Positions 12,020 through 24,712 of a stretch of DNA of 64,000 nucleotides are shown here, piece after piece. Below the pieces are notes generated by a model. The model had not been told where the DNA came from. It did no database searches and saw only the letters and a list, made by a program, of their open reading frames with translations. The DNA is taken from contig OZ024740.1 of assembly GCA_964016885.1 (NCBI GenBank), forward strand, positions 204,972,001 through 205,036,000, given 5' to 3'. The position numbers and the translations under genes are program-made. Source of the stretch: Eledone cirrhosa (taxonomy: Eukaryota). Numbering within the stretch: the first letter of the stretch is position 1; the number at the start of each line of letters is the position of its first letter.

Positions 12020-12240
12020 TAATAATTGTTTCTACTTTAGGCACCAAGCCAGCAATTTGAAGGAGAGGGAAACGTCCATTAAATCGAATCCCAGTGCATT
12101 ACTGATACTTTATTTTATCTACCCCGTAAGGATGAAAAGCAAAGCTAACCTTGGCGGGATTTGAACTCAAAATATAAAGGGCCGTAACTCAATACCGTAA
12201 AGCATGTCCGACGCTCTACAGATACTGCCAATCCATCACC
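12020..12240 (-). mobile_element. tRNA-derived SINE family 1
   Basis: Reverse complement of the 14271 copy, with A-box tggcagtatc.g and B-box gagttcaaatcc. Confidence 0.85.
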
Positions 12241-12599
12241 CCAGTTAAAATAATAATGGTACAAATACTTCATATGTTTTTCAACACTAAATAAATAAAA
12301 TGAGCAACATTTCTTGCAGTACTTATTGAAAACGTTTTCAAATAATTAATATGCCCTACAGTTGTAGAACAGCCAGAGTTACCTACCCTTGCTACCCTTA
12401 CTTGAGCAAACTTAAGGTGAATTGGCAGTTATTAGAATGTCAGATTAAATGTCTTCATATTTGTTCTAGCTCTTTAAATTCAAATCTCACCTCCTATCAC
12501 TGGAAAAGCAGTGACAATTTGGTGGTCTGGTAGGGGAGGTGCAGAAGTGCCATTCCCAGGAAATCCATCCATGACAACCTCCACATTATGTGATACATC

Positions 12600-13270
12600 A
12601 TAGAGAGGATGACTAAGGAACCTAGTACTAATCAACTTAGATCAATCAAAAGCATTCGATATCAAGTGGCTTTAGCCCGATTTCAGAGGGTGGATCGCAC
12701 AGCGACATCTGCTCTGTGGTTAAAGTGAACATTTCAACATCATGCACTCGATCCGCCAAGGTTGTCCCCTCTTGTCCCTGTTTTATGTATTAACTCTTGA
12801 GCCACTACTGCACAAATTAGAGATGTTGAGGGGCATCCTGCATGAACTGAGAGGGTTGCTAAGGAACCTGGCACGGGTGGGGCCCTGATCATTTTGGATC
12901 AGTCAAAAACATTCGATAGAGTAGACCACTGGCGGTGGTCCTCAGGGCAGCCGATTTTGGGCCTGTTTTCAGAGGGTGGATCATTGCACAGTGATATCTG
13001 CTCTGAAGTGAGAGTGAACGATCACCTCTCAGAACCGTTCAATATCATGTGTTTGACCTGCCAAGGTTGTTTCTTCTCATCCCTGTTGTATGTATTGACT
13101 CTAGAACCATTATTACACAAACTGGACACGTTGAGGGGCATCCTGTGTGAACTAGGATGCGGGAGAACCATGTTAGCTTATGCTGATGACGTCACCGTAG
13201 TGGTGTCGAGAGCCAAACACATTGACGTGATCAGCACTGCTCTGAGAAAATACGAGGCAGTGACAGGAGC
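12600..13270 (+). mobile_element. L1/Tx1-like reverse transcriptase fragment with an internal tandem duplication
   Basis: DQSKTFDRVDH, QGC..SxLLYVLTLEPLL, YADDVTV. 12636-12850 is repeated at 12897-13155. Confidence 0.75.
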
Positions 13271-13384
13271 ATTCCACCCACATCCTAATCACTCTACCCT
13301 TCTCACACACCTGACATCCCTAACTCAGTTTTCACTCCACACTGTAAAGTGGTCGTGTATGTGTCCCCAGAACACACTGTAAAT

Positions 13385-13710
13385 CATCATCATCATCATC
13401 ATTTTTACGTCCGCTTTTCCCTGCTTGCAAGGGTGGGACGGGAACTGGTTCTGGCTTGATTTCTACAGCTGGATGCTCTTCCTAACACCAACCTCATTTA
13501 CAGTGAGTGCTGGGTGCTTTTTTGCCGTGGCGCCTCCATGACCACTTTGCAGTGGAATGATAGGGACCCCAGTCCCTATCATCTCATTTCTAGAGCTGAG
13601 TAAACTGGAGCAATGTGAAATAAAGTGTCTTGCTCAAGGAAACAACACATCACCCGGTCTGAGAATTGAACTCACAACCTTTCGATTGCAAGACCAATGC
13701 TCTAACCACT
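13385..13710 (-). mobile_element. tRNA-derived CORE-like SINE family 2 with (GAT)n tail, 5' end clipped
   Basis: Minus strand reads agtggttagagc...gagttcaattctc and ccttgagcaagacacttt. Nearly identical to the 49577 and 54680 copies. Confidence 0.85.
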
Positions 13711-14161
13711 GTGGTTGGTATTAGGAAGTGCATCCAACCGTAGAAACCAAGCCAGAAACAGTTCTGTATGAGCAAGATATGGCCACCTGATCTGACTTGC
13801 CTCAAATGGGACAACCTGTTTAACCCATGCTAGCATGGAAAATAGACGTTAAATGTTGATGATGATGATGATGATATATATATATATATTTTTTTAAAGG
13901 TAAATTGGCAGTCATTAGAGTGTCAGATTAAATGTCTTGATATTTGTTCTAGCACTTTAAATTCTAAGTTCAAATCCCACATTTCAGTGGTCTGGTAGGT
14001 GAGGTGCAGATGTGCTGTTCCCAAGAGATCCATCCACGACAATATATATATATATATACATACATACACACACACATATATATGTATGTGTGTGTGTATA
14101 TGTAGGTTCAACACACGTGTGAGGAGAGAGAGAGAAAAGGAGGAGAGAGTGCACAGTTTAA

Positions 14162-14569
14162 CCCTTTAGCATTTATATTACTCCATATTTATTATTGTAT
14201 TTTTACAGTAAAAGATTTATCTCACATAATATTGAATCTCCGAGATTTTGATATTATTTATTTTGAGAACGGTGGATTGGCAGTATCGGTAGAGGGTCGG
14301 ACGCCATGCTTTGACATATAGAGTTACGGCCCTTGCCATTCTGAGTTCAAATCCCGCCAAAGTTAACTTTGCCTTTCATCCTTACGGGGTCGATAAAATA
14401 AAGTACCAGTAATGCACTGGTATTTGCTGGCCTTGTGCCAAATGTAGAAACAATTATTTATTTTGAGAACAATACCTTAACATCAGTATGAACAACCAGT
14501 TACGGCCGGTTTGAACAGAAAGAGGTGAGAGAGTTCTGGTCAGATACGGCTGGTTTAAATGATAAAGTG
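14162..14569. mobile_element. piggyBac MITE family A interrupted by a SINE
   Basis: TTAA|CCCTTTAGCATTT...ATGATAAAGTG|TTAA; body matches the 9023 copy. Confidence 0.85.
14271..14453 (+). mobile_element. tRNA-derived SINE family 1, full length with a 17-bp TSD
   Basis: A-box TGGCAGTATCGG and B-box GAGTTCAAATCC. TSD ttatttattttgagaac at 14254-14270 and 14454-14470. Confidence 0.9.
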
Positions 14570-14774
14570 TTAAACAATATGAGAGAAAAGCAAATTAAGA
14601 TGACAGAAGTTCTTAAATCATTTAATCTTTACAATTGTTTTGACAAAGTTTTTTTAAACAACTAGGCAATATGTAATCCATAACGATAATCAAATTAAAT
14701 TTTCCATAATAATTTTATGCCAGAAATGTGTATGACTGTAAATAAAATGTGGTGTGGTAAATAAATATATATAC

Positions 14775-15072
14775 ATATACACCAGGTCGGAACACAATGG
14801 AACCAAACTCCATCACTGCCTCCGTCTCTGTCGTTCTCACCATATCTCACTATTATGAGCAAATTGGGGCCTATGCGCTGGCCACCCCACAGCACTGGTG
14901 GACAGAATAGAGAAGGTATTTTCCCTGAGGATGGTGAGGGAGACATGCTGGAATAGCCATTCAAGCTTGCGAAGCTCACACCTGCAGGTATGGTGTGGCC
15001 AACTGGCCAGACTTCTCTCAACATGGACGCCATGCAAGCGTGGAAAAATGGACATTAAATGGTGATGATGAT
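14775..15072 (+). mobile_element. Degenerate LINE 3' end with (GAT)n tail
   Basis: Ends catgcaagcgtggaaaaatggacattaaatggtgatgatg, the same terminus as the SINE tails. Confidence 0.5.
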
Positions 15073-15271
15073 TCAGCCTGATAGTGTATGGTAAGGCTAG
15101 CTTCTTTAAATTACAGGTACAGTCCATCTAACAGGCTTCCAAACAGTTTCCATCAATCAAATTTCATTCACAAGGTATGGGTAAATGACATGCTGTGGGA
15201 ATGAACTCAGGACCAAATGATTGTGAGACAAACTTCTTAACCATTCAGCCATGCTATATCCATAAATGTTT

Positions 15272-15590
15272 TCTTCTTCTTCTTTGCCCACTTATTCCTG
15301 AGAGGGTTGTGGGGCAGAGTCCTCAAGCACTCCTTCCAGTGGGTTCTGACAGAAGCAACTGTCTCCAACTGATCTGGCTGGATCTTTAAGCAAGATCAGC
15401 CAACCTCAGATGTTATTGAACCATCTTGCTCCGAGTCTACCCCTGGGTCTCCTGCCGATTGTTTTTTTCCTGTAAAATCTGTCCAGCGATTCTTTCCTGA
15501 GACATTCTAATCATATGCCCATAGTCTCGGAGCTGTAATCTCTCAATTCAGAGAAGTAGCTGCTCTACCTGGAGTGACTCTCTGATCTCC
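15272..15590 (-). mobile_element. RTE LINE 3' end
   Basis: Reverse complement of 36150-36460; another copy lies at ~29690-30010. Confidence 0.8.
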
Positions 15591-15825
15591 ACTCATACAA
15601 AACTGATTTTGACTGTCTGAGCAAGGCATAGTCACCTGACCTGGCATTTCTCACAACAAGACAAGTATAAAGTTGTTAATTAAAACAATCAGGTTTAGAC
15701 AGCATTGATGTCATACTGATGACAACGCTTTTGATATCAACTTACCCTTGATTCTATGATAGAAAACGCTTGATTTAACATGTTTGTATCTAAATTTAGA
15801 CCTTCCAACATCTTCTTAAACAATG

Positions 15826-16200
15826 CCGGTAATTTGACTCTAGTAATTTGACTCCCAGTATTTTGACTCCAGTAATTTAACCCCCATTAATTCGACTCCT
15901 GGTAATTTCACTCCCGATATTAGAAAAAGTAAAACATTGAAATTCATCATTATTATTATTATTTATTATTATCAGTTCAGTAAAACATAAAAATATTACT
16001 AAATGCTTCAATAATAATGAATGTTATGATCTATTGCTCGTAAAAAAAACTCTATCTTATTTTCAGGACTATATCGCTCAATAATTATTTGCAGCCATTT
16101 GTTTATATCTTTATACTATTTTTTAATCTCGCAGATCTCACCTCGATCAAATTCATATATGTAATTCATGTCATCCACAGGTTTCTTCCTTCTGCAGATA
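15826..16200 (-). mobile_element. MULE/Mutator-like remnant: transposase C-terminus plus subterminal ~14-bp repeats
   Basis: Minus strand gives YKDINKWLQIIIERY...FLRAIDHNIH. Six gtaatttgactcc-like repeats at 15829-15916. Confidence 0.55.
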
Positions 16201-18180
16201 CTGTTAAAAACACGAGGCACGGTGTATATATATTTCCTTTTTAATTTTTAAGTAATGAATGAGGCTGGGATGGATCACAGGTAAACCTGTAAACTCATTA
16301 AATAAAACACCCGAGTGGATGACTGAAATGATACTGTCAGTTAACTGAATTACTCTGTAAATAAACAACTGAATGGATGACTGAAATGGTACTTTCAGTT
16401 AACTAAATTATTCTGTAAGGCATCATCAACAGCAACAACAACAATAATAATAATTGTTTCTAGTTTAGGCATAAGGCCAGCAATTTGAAGGAGAGGGGAA
16501 AGTCAATTACATTGACCCCAGTGCATTACTGGTGCTTTATTTTATCAACCCCGTAAGGATGAAAAGCAAAGCTAACCTCAAATCTTGCCAAGGTTCATTA
16601 TCAAATGTTAGAAGAGTAACTCTAGCATTCCAGGTAATCATGTTATTGATGTCATAACAAGTGTAGTAGAGTTCTGTGCTTAACCAAGACACTTTATTTC
16701 ACCTTGTTCTAGTCTATTCAGCTGAAACTGAGTACCAGTAGTAGTTGTGTGTTAGTTCTGTCATAGGTGGGTGTCCTGTCCTTGGTGTAAGTGGAAGGAC
16801 AGTAAAAAGTGTAAAAATTTAATTTAAAGTCCACAATATAGAGCTACATTAACATTTCTATCAGGAAATCTCCATTTTGAACTAATAAAACACTCATGAA
16901 TTTTACAGTGTTGCCACTGTCTGTAGTAATGTGTTCTTACACTTGTACTGTCAGTCACTCAACCCCAATGAAACTGAGATAATACCTAGCTTGATGTACC
17001 ACTGGATTTGATGAGCCTTTGAGCTTGATGAACCTCTGGGTTTGAGGAAAAAATAATAAATGTAGGAGAGAATAGAGTCAGCTTGAATATTGTTTGTGTT
17101 TGGAGCATCTTATGTAGTCAGAGATGCTATAGCTTTTGTGTATAATTGAAAGAAAACTATTAAGTAAAGAATAAAGAAATTTATTTTGCATTTAACCACC
17201 TTTAAAAGGTATTTAATACAATCACACACTCTGTAATTTGGTTAGGCTATGAACAAGCCAGATCTAAAAGAATGATTCATGAAAGCAGCTTAGGCAATGT
17301 ATAATAAAAGTGAATAAAAAACAAGGATAAGGTTGCAATAAACCTATTACATATATTGGGTGCTCAATTCACACTACAACCTTTAGATATTCTAAAGTAT
17401 AGGTGCAGTGGATTGTTTAGGTTGAGAGACAAACATAAACATGGCTACATAATTAGTGCTGGAATTAGTGTAAGTAGGACAGTAAAAGACATTTCTATCA
17501 GGAATGTTCCATTTTGAACAAGCAAAATACTCATTAATTTTACAATGTTATCACTGCCTACAGCAATGAGCTACTACACCCTTCTATGAAATCTCCTTAT
17601 AATCAGGTGATAAAATATTATGAAGCACCAACTCTTAGGCTGGTTGTTTGATTCTCTATCAACTTGGTTACTTAGATAAGAATGGGATGGAAGAAGTTTA
17701 GACAGTCCCTACATTTATTAAGTTTCTTTCACTGTGTAAAAGGGAAGTCTGTGAAAGAACCATGATGTTTGATGGGTAATAAATGGTGAAGATCTGCATT
17801 AACTGAGAAGGAATGTGCTGAGTATGGTCTGTTGGATATGCAATGTTAGAATTAACATTTTATGTGCATTTTCTTTGCATGGATCGGACAAATCTCGGGG
17901 TTTATTTGGATTCCATTGGCATTAAGCAATTAAGGGTAGAAGACCTGGACAGGATGTCAGTCCATTGCAAGGATAACTACCAGCTGCTGTTGATAGTCAT
18001 TTTCAGTTGAGTTGCATAAAATTAAGTGTTTTGTTCAAGAAAACAATGCACTGCATAGTCTGAGAATTGAACCCATGACATTATTGATAATTGAACCAAC
18101 ATTTATATTGTTGCCTGTGTTAATTGTATTTGATGATTTTTGGTTAGAAGGGAGACTAGATTTGGCAATTACTGCTTTAA

Positions 18181-18363
18181 CCCTTTAAACTGGCTGCATA
18201 TGGCCAGAATTCTCTCACCTCTTTCTGTTCAAACCAGCAGTAACCTGCTTATACTTATGTTAAGATATTGTTCTCGAAATAAATAATATCAAAATCTCGT
18301 AGATTCAATATAATCTGAGATAATTATGTGAAATAAAGAGTTTACCATGAAAATATAGAGTAA
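18181..18363. mobile_element. piggyBac MITE family A, truncated, in reverse orientation
   Basis: TTAA|CCCTTT; body is the reverse complement of the 9023 copy. Confidence 0.75.
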
Positions 18364-18849
18364 TCCTCCTCATCATCTCTGTTTAACATCCTTTTCTCAA
18401 TGCTGGCATGGGTTAGATGAGTTGCCTGTTGTAAGCAATGCCAGATCAGGTGACCATGTCTTGTTCATATAGAATGTAAATACTAAGGGATTAAGCCTGT
18501 TGTTTTGGAGATAGATTTCTAGGAGTAATGTGCAACTGTGACCAAAAATGTTGGAAAGATATGAATGTGATATCATTTGTATATAAGGGCTGTGTCTATG
18601 TTTAGATGCAGTTTTGTGTGAGAAAGCTGTGTAGGAAGAGGTTAAAAAGAATGGTACTTCCTTTTTGGAAATGTTTTTGTATGCTACACAGGCCTGATAA
18701 TTTAACAAATAAAAAATAATGAAACAAATACTCAGGGACAGATGCTGCATGAAAAATAATTAGTAAAGTGGATATTAACATATTTATTATAGTGAACTAA
18801 TAATTTTAATTAATTAAAATATCCAAAATGAAGAAAAATGCTCAGAGTT

Positions 18850-19140
18850 TCTGAAGAACTTTTGGAAACATTTCTTTCATGCTCAGAGTTGCTGAAGCAT
18901 GGAACAAACTACCTGATTCAGTTGTTAGTCGTTGAGACACTGCATTCTTCAAAACTTCCATGTTTCCCGAAATTCGCCAACATTACACTTGGTATTCCCC
19001 GCTCCATACACATGCACGCATGTGTGTGTCTATATCATGGCTCGTACACTGTTCCATTTCCTGACATTTGTACAATATTCTATATACTATACATGCATTT
19101 TTGTATGAGTAGTAGTGCACCTGAGCATTGTACCTAATAA
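18850..19140 (+). mobile_element. CR1/L2-like LINE 3' end
   Basis: Homologous to the reverse complement of 31255-31510. Confidence 0.7.
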
Positions 19141-19910
19141 TTTTTTTTAAAAATTATTATTATCATCTTAACACATTTGTTACTATATTTTTAATGAAAG
19201 ACATAGACTATGATTTTCAATAAATTCTGAAAATAATCAAGAATTTGGAAGGAGTCTATAAACTTTCTCATTATCAAGCTGATGTTTGGAACATAACCAA
19301 AGGTTCTTACATATAATTATTATGGAATGTTTAAATTTAAATATAAACTCTTTAAAACAAACAGATGTTTTTGTATCAAATGAAGTAATGACTAATTTGG
19401 TCAAAAAATATATGAGAGATAATCCTTGAATAATCATTAAAGATATTTTTTACCAACCATGTTTTAAAGTTATCATGCCACTCAGTGTCTTACTAGACAT
19501 ATAATATCAATATCACTATCTCTCTCTAGCCATCTAATATGTGGCAAAAATAGTTATCCTATGCTTCACTAAAGAAATCTAATAAGACCGGAACACCTCT
19601 GGGTTTGTGACCACACTGCCAAAGATCAGACCTGATGGATACTTTGGTAGCAAGCATTTTATTTTTGTTCTTTAATCATGTGTTACTCATGACTAAGCAG
19701 ACATATGATCAAAATCATTCCATTCTATGATCATCCAGTTTTTATGGGGATTTTTCATTTACAAGCATTGTGTATCTAGGACTTCATATTCCAATGTGCC
19801 CTTTATTTTTCTAAGATAGTAGTGAGCAATCTGAGATTTAACAGCTACTTCTAGCAACTCAAGCAGCAACATAAGGTCTCTCACATTAGCTTCCTTGTCT
19901 TTTAACTCTC

Positions 19911-20090
19911 TTGATACCAATCTCACCTGTGGCTGCCCCTAGTTCTATGATACCAATCTCACCTGTGACTCTCCCTAGTTCTATGATACCAATCTCACCT
20001 GTGACTCTCCCTAGTTCTATGATACCAATCTCACCTGTGACTGCCCCTAGTTCTATGATACTAACCCCACCTGCGATTGATCCTGGTTCT
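19911..20090. repeat. 36-bp minisatellite, 4 full units plus 1 degenerate unit
   Basis: Unit atgataccaatctcacctgtgactctccctagttct starts at 19911, 19947, 19983, 20019 and 20055. Confidence 0.95.
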
Positions 20091-21134
20091 ATTATATACT
20101 CCCCACCCCGTTTTAACACTTTTGCTACCAACATACTTCAAACAACCTCTGGTTTTAAGAATCAAAACCACCTATTTATAGGGTTCCTATTTTCATTAAA
20201 ACCTTCCAATATAATTTGATATAAGAACCTTTTATTGAGTTATGTTACAAATATTACCTTAATAATGAAATATTTAATAATTTTATCAACTCCTTGCAAA
20301 TTGGCTGTTAATTAAATGACATAGTGTTTTATTAGATATATGGTCACAAACGTGATCATAATGTTGTGGGTTCGATCCCTGGGCTGGGTTGCGTGTTGTA
20401 TTCTTGAACAAAACACTTCATTTGATGTTGCTCCAGTATACTCAGCTGAAAATGAGTACCAGCAATATGGGCTGGCATCCTGTCCAGTGGGGAGTCTTGT
20501 ACTCTTGTACTCTCAGTCACTTCATGCCCTTAAACCAGGATAAGCATCGGCCTAATGAGCCTTCTGGCTTAAGACAGACTTCAGATTAGATCATAGATGT
20601 AAAATTTAGTTATTTTTGATTATTTTCAAAATGAATGGTAACTGACAGGCCATGTATTCCATTAGAAATATGGTACTGAAAGGGTTAAGGATGTTTTGAG
20701 TATTTTCGGGGATAAGTAGATAAGATGTGATGGAGTCAAAAGCTCTGTTGGTGATTAGTTAATGTTCATTAGCTAATGGTAATTAGTTAATGGTTGAGTT
20801 ATTTGAAGGAAAGGTAGAGCAGGGGTAACTTTAGTAGCAGTGGTGAGGTCAGATTTGAAAATGGTAGGTTTAATGGATGAGAAAACATGACTGAAGTAAA
20901 ATTCATGCAAGCATGGAAAAGCAGATGTAAAACAAACAAACAAATGAATGAAAGTATAATGTATTGTAAGCTTATCTGTTTCATATTAATAACAATCCCC
21001 ACCCCCACCCAAAAAATGCTGAATCATGGTGATGATTGTGTGAGTGTGTGTGTATATCTTAATATATTTTCAAATAAATATATAAATATATATATATATA
21101 TACATATATACATACATACATACACACATATATG

Positions 21135-21173
<39 letters not shown>

Positions 21174-21391
21174 TAATGTATATATATATATATACTACAA
21201 ATAAGCAGCAAGATAACCAGCCAGAAATCTAATTACAAAAAAAGAAAAGTTTCAAATTAAGTTTTTTTCTTTGTTTTTAAATCCCACCAAACTGCAATGT
21301 TCTGGAAATGTATGTGGAAATTCTTCAAGATTTTTGTTGAGAATATTGTTCATTTAAAACATTTAATAATATATCCTATTTAGAAATTAGA

Positions 21392-21770
21392 TTAACTGTC
21401 TAAATGTTCTGAACTAGGATTATCTAATTCATTATCATCTTGTTTGTTGTTACTTGATATAGAGAGGTTTGTGTCAAATGATGAAAGGACAGCGTCTGAA
21501 CTTGCATCTTGCAAAGCAACTTGGGCCAAAACAACCAATGGATTCACATGTGGTGAAGCCTTCTCTTCTTGATGCTTCTTCCGTTTGCTATTGTCAAAGT
21601 GTCTATGGTTCTTGTTACTACTATTTGGCTTACGGCGACGTTTCTCTGGGCTTGGAGACTCCAGGAAGTTGCTTATATTCCATGCAAATCTCAAAGGACC
21701 TGCATTCTTACCAACAGGAAAATGCCAGCTGCAAACTCGACTATTTGTGGTTGGAATAAAGTTTTGCCGT
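21392..21770 (-). CDS. THAP domain-containing protein, exon 2 (RQNFIPTTNSRVCSWHFPVGKNAGPLRFAWN...NLS-like KRRRK...stop)
   Basis: Acceptor tttgaatttttcag|A. CSxHF...P THAP C-terminal signature. Phase 2 joins exon 1; open for 125 codons. Confidence 0.85.
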
Positions 21771-22119
21771 CTGAAAAATTCAAACAAATGAAAACATTTA
21801 ATTTTTTAAAAATTATATTAAAACAATATAAAAATGTCAATATATTTTGAAAAAACACACATTAACTCTTTTGTTACCAAACTGCCTCTGGTTTTATGAT
21901 AAAAAGCTGTTTATATTTATCTAAAAAGCTTTCCATTATACATATAAAAATGAGAAAACTCATTGCGAGAACAGCCATTAAAACAGTGGGTGACAGGTAT
22001 ATGAAATATAGAAAATATTGAAAGAGTGGGAGGACAAGGAGAAGTACACTGGTGGACAGAAGTGACTGGAAAAGGCGATGTACAAGACAAGTTACACACA
22101 CTCATCTTCATTAGCTCTC

Positions 22120-22450
22120 AAACCAGCAGTGTGGACTGGGCGCTTTTTGCTGTAGCAACAAACAGCCCTTTTACAGTGTGGGCTGGGTGCTTTTTGTCAT
22201 GGCACCAGAACAACCATGTTGCAGTGTGGACTGAGCGCTTTTTGTCACAGCACACTGGGTGCTTTTGTTGTGGCTGCATTACACCCACTTTACAAGGCGG
22301 GCTGGGAATTTATTATCTTGTCATTAACGTGACTACACTACGAGGTGGACTTGGCACTTTCTATCATGCTACCAACATGCCCACTTTACAGGGTGAGCTG
22401 GGTGCCTCCTCTTGTATCACCAACATGATCCCCTTACAGGGTGGACTGAG
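22120..22450. repeat. Degenerate ~35-40-bp tandem repeat (ccactttacagtgtggactgggtgc...)
   Basis: The same unit occurs at ~650-750, 7440-7500 and 22960-23080, and inside SINE family 2. Confidence 0.65.
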
Positions 22451-23391
22451 AGCTATTAGCTATTAACCATTTCAACAGCATTGTAGGAGAGTGTGTTCAT
22501 ATTTCCAAGTTTGTTGGTCAAGGGAGGTGGTCAGATGTAGGTGGGGGTGGAGGTGGGGATTGGAGAGGTAGGACTAGGATGAGGTACTTAGCTGATGAAG
22601 GGTGGAGGTGGGGATTAGGGAGGTAGGTCTAGTTCTAGGATACTTCATCCTGTGTACATGGGAAGGTGGGTCCTCTGCAGTACTGTATGGAAGGATGGAG
22701 GGAGAAGTGAGACCACTAGATGTTGCTATATCCTGTGCTCCTGGGTGGGTGGATCTTCTGCATAACGCTAGAGATATCATTTTATAAAAATTGCATTTTG
22801 AGGCTGTGCGTCATCATCGTTTAACGTCTATCTTTCATGCTAGCATGGGTTAGACAGATTTGTCCCATTTGAGGCAAGTCAGGTGATCGTGTCTCGCTCG
22901 TATAGGACTGTTTCTGGCTGGTTTTCTATGACTGGATGCCCTTCCTAACGTCAACCACATTTACAGTGTGTCCTGGTGATTTTTGCTGTGTCTCCTACAT
23001 GACCACTCTATGGTCTGGACTGGGTGCTTTTTGTCGTGACACCTACACAACCACTTTTGTGGGCTGGATGTTTTGTGGTACCATGTGTAACCAAACTGCA
23101 GCTTACCAGCCACTGGCAGTTCTTTGATATTTAATGTGTGACTCATGCAAATACGATTTTTTAAATATATTAATCATTATGAAAATTAAACTACAAACAT
23201 AAATTATAAAGTATTGCCCTCCAATTTTTGGTTAAGGATTTGCTTCACAACAACGTAGTTTGGGTGTTCAGTCACACTGAATCGCATCTTGATCACTTTT
23301 ATAATAGCTTTGGGTTAACCAATGCGCTGTGAGTGAAATTTGGTAGACAGAAACTGTGAGGAAGTCAGTAGTATATATATACATATATATG

Positions 23392-23560
23392 AACAAGAGG
23401 TATAAGTCAACATTTCATAATAAATTATGAAATGTTGACTTATATATCTCTTATTTATGAACATACTCCGAAGTAAACAGACCGGCTTGTGGACTTCGTT
23501 GAGTGCTCTACCCTGTATACTGAAGTATTGGTGTTGAAAAACACAATCTGTTTATGCACA
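23392..23560. repeat. Hairpin element embedded in TA/CA microsatellite
   Basis: tataagtcaacatttcataat pairs with attatgaaatgttgacttata. Tail actccgaagt...acttcgttgagtgctcta. Confidence 0.65.
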
Positions 23561-23585
23561 CAACACACATATATGTATGTATGTA

Positions 23586-23638
<53 letters not shown>

Positions 23639-24664
23639 TTACATTTATGTCCAGTAACTTAGCAGTTCGATAAAAAAAAGATCAATAAAATAAGTACCAG
23701 ACTTGATATGATCAACTAAATCGCTTCAAAGTGGTGCCCCTGCTTGGCCGCCGTCTAATGTTTGAAATCGGTAAAAGAATAGAAGAAAAATCTCTTTCGT
23801 GTCCAGAAACACTCTTATTGTATAGAGTTAACAAGGTTAAGCGAATCCCGATAGCTCCATAGTAAAGGCTCCACTTATTTAATATGGGTAGACAGGGTTC
23901 CGCTTCTTTAACGTGGGTAGACAGATAGCACTGCTGTAAGGATTTACACTAGTTTAATGTGGGTAGGCAGATAGTACTGCTGTCAGGACCCACACCCATT
24001 TAATGTGGGTGGATTAGATAAGGATATCTGTCATGATTCAGTCATAGAAACCAGCAGAAGAATAAGAAAATCCGGATATATCACGATTGGTTGCCCTCCG
24101 TTATTATTTTTATTTACGGAGTGTGGATTGGAATGTTTAATAATCTCCGCTCTCACAGAGGGATCCAGTTCACCAATGAATCTAAACAACTGAAATACAT
24201 CCCAGCTCCACCACCTAACTGGACGAACATACCTGTGAAAAATCTATTAAATTCAACAAGTGAATAAATATTAACACTCGGCTTTAGAGATGTGTGTGTA
24301 TGTAGATATGTGTTAGTTATAGAAGCGATTCTTTTGACAAAAATCCTTGGAAGATTTTCTAACTTTATATATTAAAATAGTGCGGAGATAATACAGGATA
24401 GAAAGAGACAGAGAGATAATGCAGGAGAGAGAGAGAGCACCATACTAATACATTACACTATTTACTTTCATCCTATTACGCCTTACTATCATCTCTCATG
24501 GATCAGCAATGTTGATACCAGTAATACGTTAAAGTCTATGTAATCAATTATAATCTGATCCCCATAAAAAATGGTCATGTGTTTAGTTTAAAGATATCAA
24601 AATTATTAATAAAATACTGCATAATCTACTAATTACTAATTTTCAATGACTATTTTAATATAGT

Positions 24665-24712
<48 letters not shown>

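Noticed and set aside
14271-14360. tRNA genes at SINE heads (also ~49840-49908 and ~54950-55018)
   Set aside because: A and B boxes are present, but they run into SINE bodies with tails or TSDs and do not form a proper cloverleaf.
19911-20090. CRISPR-like array or repeat protein
   Set aside because: Units are head-to-tail with no unique spacers, there are no cas genes, the context is eukaryotic, and the ORFs lack splice or homology support.
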